Virus record (IMG/VR): IMGVR_UViG_3300010262_000228
Strand: one strand, 5' to 3'
Length of the DNA stretch: 20,000 nt
Source of the DNA: an uncultured virus (IMG/VR IMGVR_UViG_3300010262_000228)
Taxonomy: Duplodnaviria; Heunggongvirae; Uroviricota; Caudoviricetes
The notes beneath the pieces were generated by a model. The model was not told where the DNA came from, did no database searches, and saw only the letters and a program-made list of their open reading frames with translations. This document shows, piece by piece, positions 16,432-20,000 of this stretch. Position numbers and translations under genes: made by a program. Numbering within the stretch: the stretch's first letter is position 1; each line of letters starts with the position of its first letter.

Positions 16432-17289
16432 ATGGCTGATAGAAGAGCAAGAAATGCGGATATCTTCCGAGATACAGAAAAGCATTACAAGACAAACACT
16501 GTGCTGAAGCAAGCAATCCAAGCATCAATCAAAGCGCAGCGATTTATATCTATTAAAGATGCTGTTGGACAGCCCATCAAGACAGAATCCAAGAATGCAA
16601 AAGTTTTAGTAAGCGGCAAGCGTTCACTCGAAGCCGCCGAGTTCTATGCAAAACAAGGCAAAAAAGTATGTGTGCTGAACTTTGCTTCAGCTACAAACCC
16701 TGGTGGCGGTGTAGTCAACGGCTCATCTGCACAGGAAGAAAGCATCTGCCGCTGCACGACACTCTATCCCTGTCTAAACACAGAACCCATGTGGCAAGCC
16801 TTTTATTCACCACATAGAAAATCGGGAAATCCGCTCTATAACGATGATTGCATTTATACACCTGATGTTTATGTGTTCAAGAGTGATACAAATTTCCCCG
16901 AGCTGTTGCCTTGTGACGATTGGTGGAGTGTAAACATCTTGACTTGTGCGGCTCCCAACCTTCGTGATCGCCCAAGCAATGCAATGAATCCATTCGCTGG
17001 TAATACTGCCGCAAAGATAACTCCTGCCGAATTGAAGCAATTGCTGAATTCACGAATCAGGAGAATATTTGAACTTGCGGTAGCCAACGGAAATGAGGTG
17101 TTGATCCTTGGAGCATTCGGTTGTGGTGCATTTAGAAATCCTCCTAAAATTGTAGCGGAGGTATTTTACGATGTTATGCAAGAGTATCTTTGCTATTTTG
17201 ATGTAATCGAATATGCTGTTTACCACACCGAACGAGAAGCTGCCAACTACGAAGCCTTTAAGAACAGACTCGGATACTCTCAAAGGTAG
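16432..17289 (+). CDS. TIGR02452 (DUF2263 macrodomain) bacterial-type poly(ADP-ribose) glycohydrolase
   Basis: VLNFASATNPGGG-X6-QEESICR catalytic loop, IYTPDV, TCAAP, LILGAFGCGAFRNPP. Confidence 0.93.
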   Translation: MADRRARNADIFRDTEKHYKTNTVLKQAIQASIKAQRFISIKDAVGQPIKTESKNAKVLVSGKRSLEAAEFYAKQGKKVCVLNFASATNPGGGVVNGSSAQEESICRCTTLYPCLNTEPMWQAFYSPHRKSGNPLYNDDCIYTPDVYVFKSDTNFPELLPCDDWWSVNILTCAAPNLRDRPSNAMNPFAGNTAAKITPAELKQLLNSRIRRIFELAVANGNEVLILGAFGCGAFRNPPKIVAEVFYDVMQEYLCYFDVIEYAVYHTEREAANYEAFKNRLGYSQR

Positions 17290-17297
17290 GGGAACCA

Positions 17298-17645
17298 TTG
17301 CTGATGCAGATTGATGGAGTGAATGTGACATCCCTTTCAAATTGGGACGGGAAACCCATAAAGAACAAGCTCCCTGCAGAGCTGAAAACCAGAATGAAAA
17401 CGGAAAACCAATGGCTGGAGGCGGGATACCTTGTAAAAGCTGGAGCCACAGGTTACGAAATGCACTCTAATGTTATGGGAAAGCAACTCTTCACGTATTA
17501 CATAGATTCTGAAGTAGAGGAGATTACCGACAGCAATGCACCTAAGAACTGCATGACCTGCGGCATTCGCACCGGAAGATTCTGCGTTTTCGCCGGTGAT
17601 TATGTAAGTGCAAAGACCTGTTGTTCAGAATGGATATTTGACTAA
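17298..17645 (+). CDS. Hypothetical protein with Cys-rich C-terminus
   Basis: AGGGG RBS. KTENQWLEAGY; CMTC..C..CC..W. Start is TTG 17298 or ATG 17304. Confidence 0.65.
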   Translation: MLMQIDGVNVTSLSNWDGKPIKNKLPAELKTRMKTENQWLEAGYLVKAGATGYEMHSNVMGKQLFTYYIDSEVEEITDSNAPKNCMTCGIRTGRFCVFAGDYVSAKTCCSEWIFD

Positions 17646-17697
17646 GCGCAGGGATTCTCATGATCGGGAAAACCTGAACTCACGAGACTCCCTGCGC
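17646..17697. repeat. Long imperfect inverted repeat between convergent genes
   Basis: GCGCAGGGATTCTCATGA..TCACGAGACTCCCTGCGC (16/18 arm match) plus an inner TCGGG/CCTGA stem. Confidence 0.65.
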
Positions 17698-17728
17698 CAC
17701 ATTATCGGGGATATGAGGAGGCTATTCG

Positions 17729-19119
17729 TTAAAGAATATTTTCCGGTTTTTGTTTGCGGCCACTCCATCCCTGCATCTGCGCCCATGCTCTTAGATTGGA
17801 AGAATCCTCAGTTTTAGCAGCATGAATGGTGTAAAGAAAATTACAGTAACCCGAAACTCCACCAACATCATCCATAACATTTAATCCATCCAGCATAACA
17901 CATAGAGGTTTCTCTTCCGATGCAACTTCGGGGTGCGCTATGGCTTCTTCGCTGTTTTCAACATAAGTAATTCGAACTTCCCATCCATCTCCATAGTCAT
18001 ATAGATAGAGCAACTCGTTTGTCACCGGAACAGCCTCGATTAAGTGTCTAATATTTTCGGGGGACGTTGTTTTTTTCCCAAATACATGACATCTGCAATT
18101 GTAAGACGCTCAAGCAGGGACTGAAGATTTCCTCCAAAGTCCAGGCTTCGCTCCAGCTCTGCTATGGTTGCTTCTTTGGGAGAAATCTGTTTCTCAATCA
18201 TGTTGCCGCTCGGGTTCTTTAGGAAAGTCTCAAAGGGAACCCTTACATCGACTCGTGGATAATTGGTATAAAAGTTCAGCAGTTCTTTTTGGCACTCGAG
18301 ATAAAGTTCGCTATATCCTTCGTAGGTGTATGGACCACAATACTTCTTACGAAGCCATGTGCGAAAACTCTTTGTGCCGTCGTAGTCATCATCCCAATAC
18401 AAATCTTCCATATCATCTGTAGGCATTCTGAAATAGATGCCGCAAAGCTCACCCCAACGCTGGAACATTCCACCAGTTAACTTATGGTATGTTTCTTCCG
18501 GTAGTTCAAAATGGTGCAGATGAGAATTCTGCCAACCAAACGCTCTTTGAACGGCAAAATGGAGAGAATGCAATGTTATCGAGCTTGGTACAAGAATGTC
18601 TCGGGAAATGGACTCTTGTACCTTCCCAAACTCTGCCAGCATCCCCAGTTCGTCATCGACAACTTTGCTGTCGACTAATTCCATGTGCAGATGAACTGTT
18701 TTTCTCATGGCGACATCTTTTGAATCATACGCATGCATCGAGGACACCTCCTTGTTATTGTGGGCATGGCTGTTGGGATATGCAGCAAGAACCTGATGAG
18801 CCAACGCACTTTGATTTCTACTACGATAAGATTTACAACGCTCTGCTGAATAGGTGCTTGTTTCTTTGCCGTATGCGCCCTTTCTATACGGTGCGTAGGC
18901 TTCCACATTTTTAACAGTAACACGAAGCTGGGCGGCAATTTCCTCGACCGAAAGCCCCTTGTCCAACAGAGCACAAACAGCGGTACTTCGTTTGCTACTC
19001 CACAAGCCAGCGGTGATTAGTGTTCGGCGAACCTTGACTACAGAAACTCCAAGAATGGCTGCAGTTTCTTTTACAGACTTAGTCACCTTAAAACTGTCAA
19101 CAATACGCTGATCAATCAT
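17729..19119 (-). pseudogene. HTH + pRiA4b ORF3 / IS1096 passenger TnpR-like protein split by a -1 frameshift
   Basis: 18040-19119 carries the HTH (KVRRTLITAG..AYAPYRKG.Y) and RDILVP..LHSLH..QRAFGWQNSHLHHF. 17729-18025 carries YLYDYGDGW..PLC..DG..MDDVGG..GY. The frames join at GGGAAAAAAA (18070-18079). Confidence 0.8.
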
Positions 19120-19214
19120 CTCGACCACCTACTATCGATTAAATTTTGGATATAATATCACACCGAATGAATGGTGTCAACCTAACCTTTTGCGAGAGGA
19201 AAGTGCATAATGAT

Positions 19215-19433
19215 ATGAGAGTATCCTACAAAAAGCTATGGAAACTCTTAATTGACAAGGACATGAAGAAGAAAGACCTGTACATTGCAGCGGAGGTTTC
19301 TCCCGCAACCATAACTAAGATGGGACGTGGTGGCCATGTTTCAACAAGCGTCATCATGAGAATATGTATGGCGCTCAATTGTCAGCCGGAGGATATTATG
19401 GAAATCACAGAAATACCTCCAACTGGCTGTTGA
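19215..19433 (+). CDS. Cro/C1-type HTH (HTH_26) regulator
   Basis: MRVSYKKLWKLLIDKDMKKKDL..VS..RIC.ALNCQPEDIME. Confidence 0.9.
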   Translation: MRVSYKKLWKLLIDKDMKKKDLYIAAEVSPATITKMGRGGHVSTSVIMRICMALNCQPEDIMEITEIPPTGC

Positions 19434-19480
19434 CAATACCTCCAACTGGTGTTATCATATCGATACTACCAATTGGAGGT
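19412..19480 (+). promoter_or_regulatory. sigmaA promoter with three operator repeats
   Basis: TTGACA (19430-35), 17 nt spacer, TATCAT (19453-58) with extended TG. AATACCTCCAACTGG at 19412 and 19435; inverted copy CCAATTGGAGGT at 19469-80 over the RBS. Confidence 0.8.
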
Positions 19481-19485
19481 GCTAC

Positions 19486-19833
19486 ATGGAAGATTTCAAG
19501 CTAGATGGTTTTCAGATTGTCCATACCGTTGAGAAGGATAATGGCGGTAGCATTTTACGAGAAAAGCGCGTAGTCTTGGGGCTGACCCAAAAGCAGGTTG
19601 CTGAAAAAGCAAAAGTCCCACTTGCCAGTTATCAACGGTTCGAAAGCGGCGAACGCAATATTTGTACTGCATCCTTTCAGCTTGCCTGCCGCGTCATCGA
19701 AGCTCTTGGGATGAATGTCTCAGATTTTTATCACGGCGAGTACGTGTTAGGCGAAGAGATCGTTAACTCGAAAGAAGGCCTTCGCTATAAGAAGACTGGC
19801 AAGCTCATCGAGGAAGATGTTTCGGATTTATAA
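19486..19833 (+). CDS. XRE family HTH regulator
   Basis: LREKRVVLGLTQKQVAEKA..YQRFESGERNI..IEALGM. GGAGG RBS. Confidence 0.9.
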   Translation: MEDFKLDGFQIVHTVEKDNGGSILREKRVVLGLTQKQVAEKAKVPLASYQRFESGERNICTASFQLACRVIEALGMNVSDFYHGEYVLGEEIVNSKEGLRYKKTGKLIEEDVSDL

Positions 19834-20000
19834 TATGACTATGAGCCGAGCCGGATATCTATTTCGACTCCAAACCCATTAGCCACGCCTGAATCTGGAA
19901 CCGTAGAAATTTACACCGCATTGCAAGGCCGCAAGACCGCAAAGTATTGAAAACACTGGGTTTTCAGAAAATATCTATTTCAGACCCGCAAGCCATAAAA

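Larger units (their letters stand above)
480..20000. mobile_element. Serine-recombinase integrative element / genomic island (boundaries uncertain)
   Basis: Repressor-ATPase-recombinase core plus phage/ICE-like cargo. No housekeeping genes after position 308. Confidence 0.7.

Noticed and set aside
19412..19480. Repeats as a mini CRISPR array
   Set aside because: 15-bp units with an 8-bp gap, one copy inverted, and no cas genes. Fits operators instead.
1..20000. Intact prophage or self-transmissible ICE
   Set aside because: No terminase, capsid, tail, relaxase, VirB4 or VirD4 recognisable within the window.

Overview
Accessory region of a Firmicute, probably Clostridia-like (inferred from GGAGG RBSs, sigmaA promoters and protein families). 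It looks like most of an integrative mobile element. The left edge is a partial MmcQ/YjbR gene, probably host. Next is a divergent XRE switch with four operator-like boxes, driving a core operon: AAA_25/RepA-like ATPase, a resolvase-fold protein lacking the catalytic Ser, a large serine recombinase (LSR), and two accessory ORFs. One accessory ORF is clearly homologous, and the other weakly similar, to the LSR's unusual C-terminal domain. About 11 kb of mostly co-oriented, phage/ICE-like cargo follows: three different calcineurin-like metallophosphoesterases, an RLIG1/C12orf29 (DUF5565)-like RNA ligase, a TIGR02452 bacterial PARG, several toxin-less antitoxin-like genes, a Tn916-Xis fusion and many conserved hypotheticals. 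Together these suggest a mobile repair/counter-defence kit. The right end has a frameshifted HTH-pRiA4b/TnpR gene and two HTH regulators with operator repeats. No conjugation, capsid, tRNA/rRNA or CRISPR features were seen. All family calls come from motif recognition by eye, not database searches.
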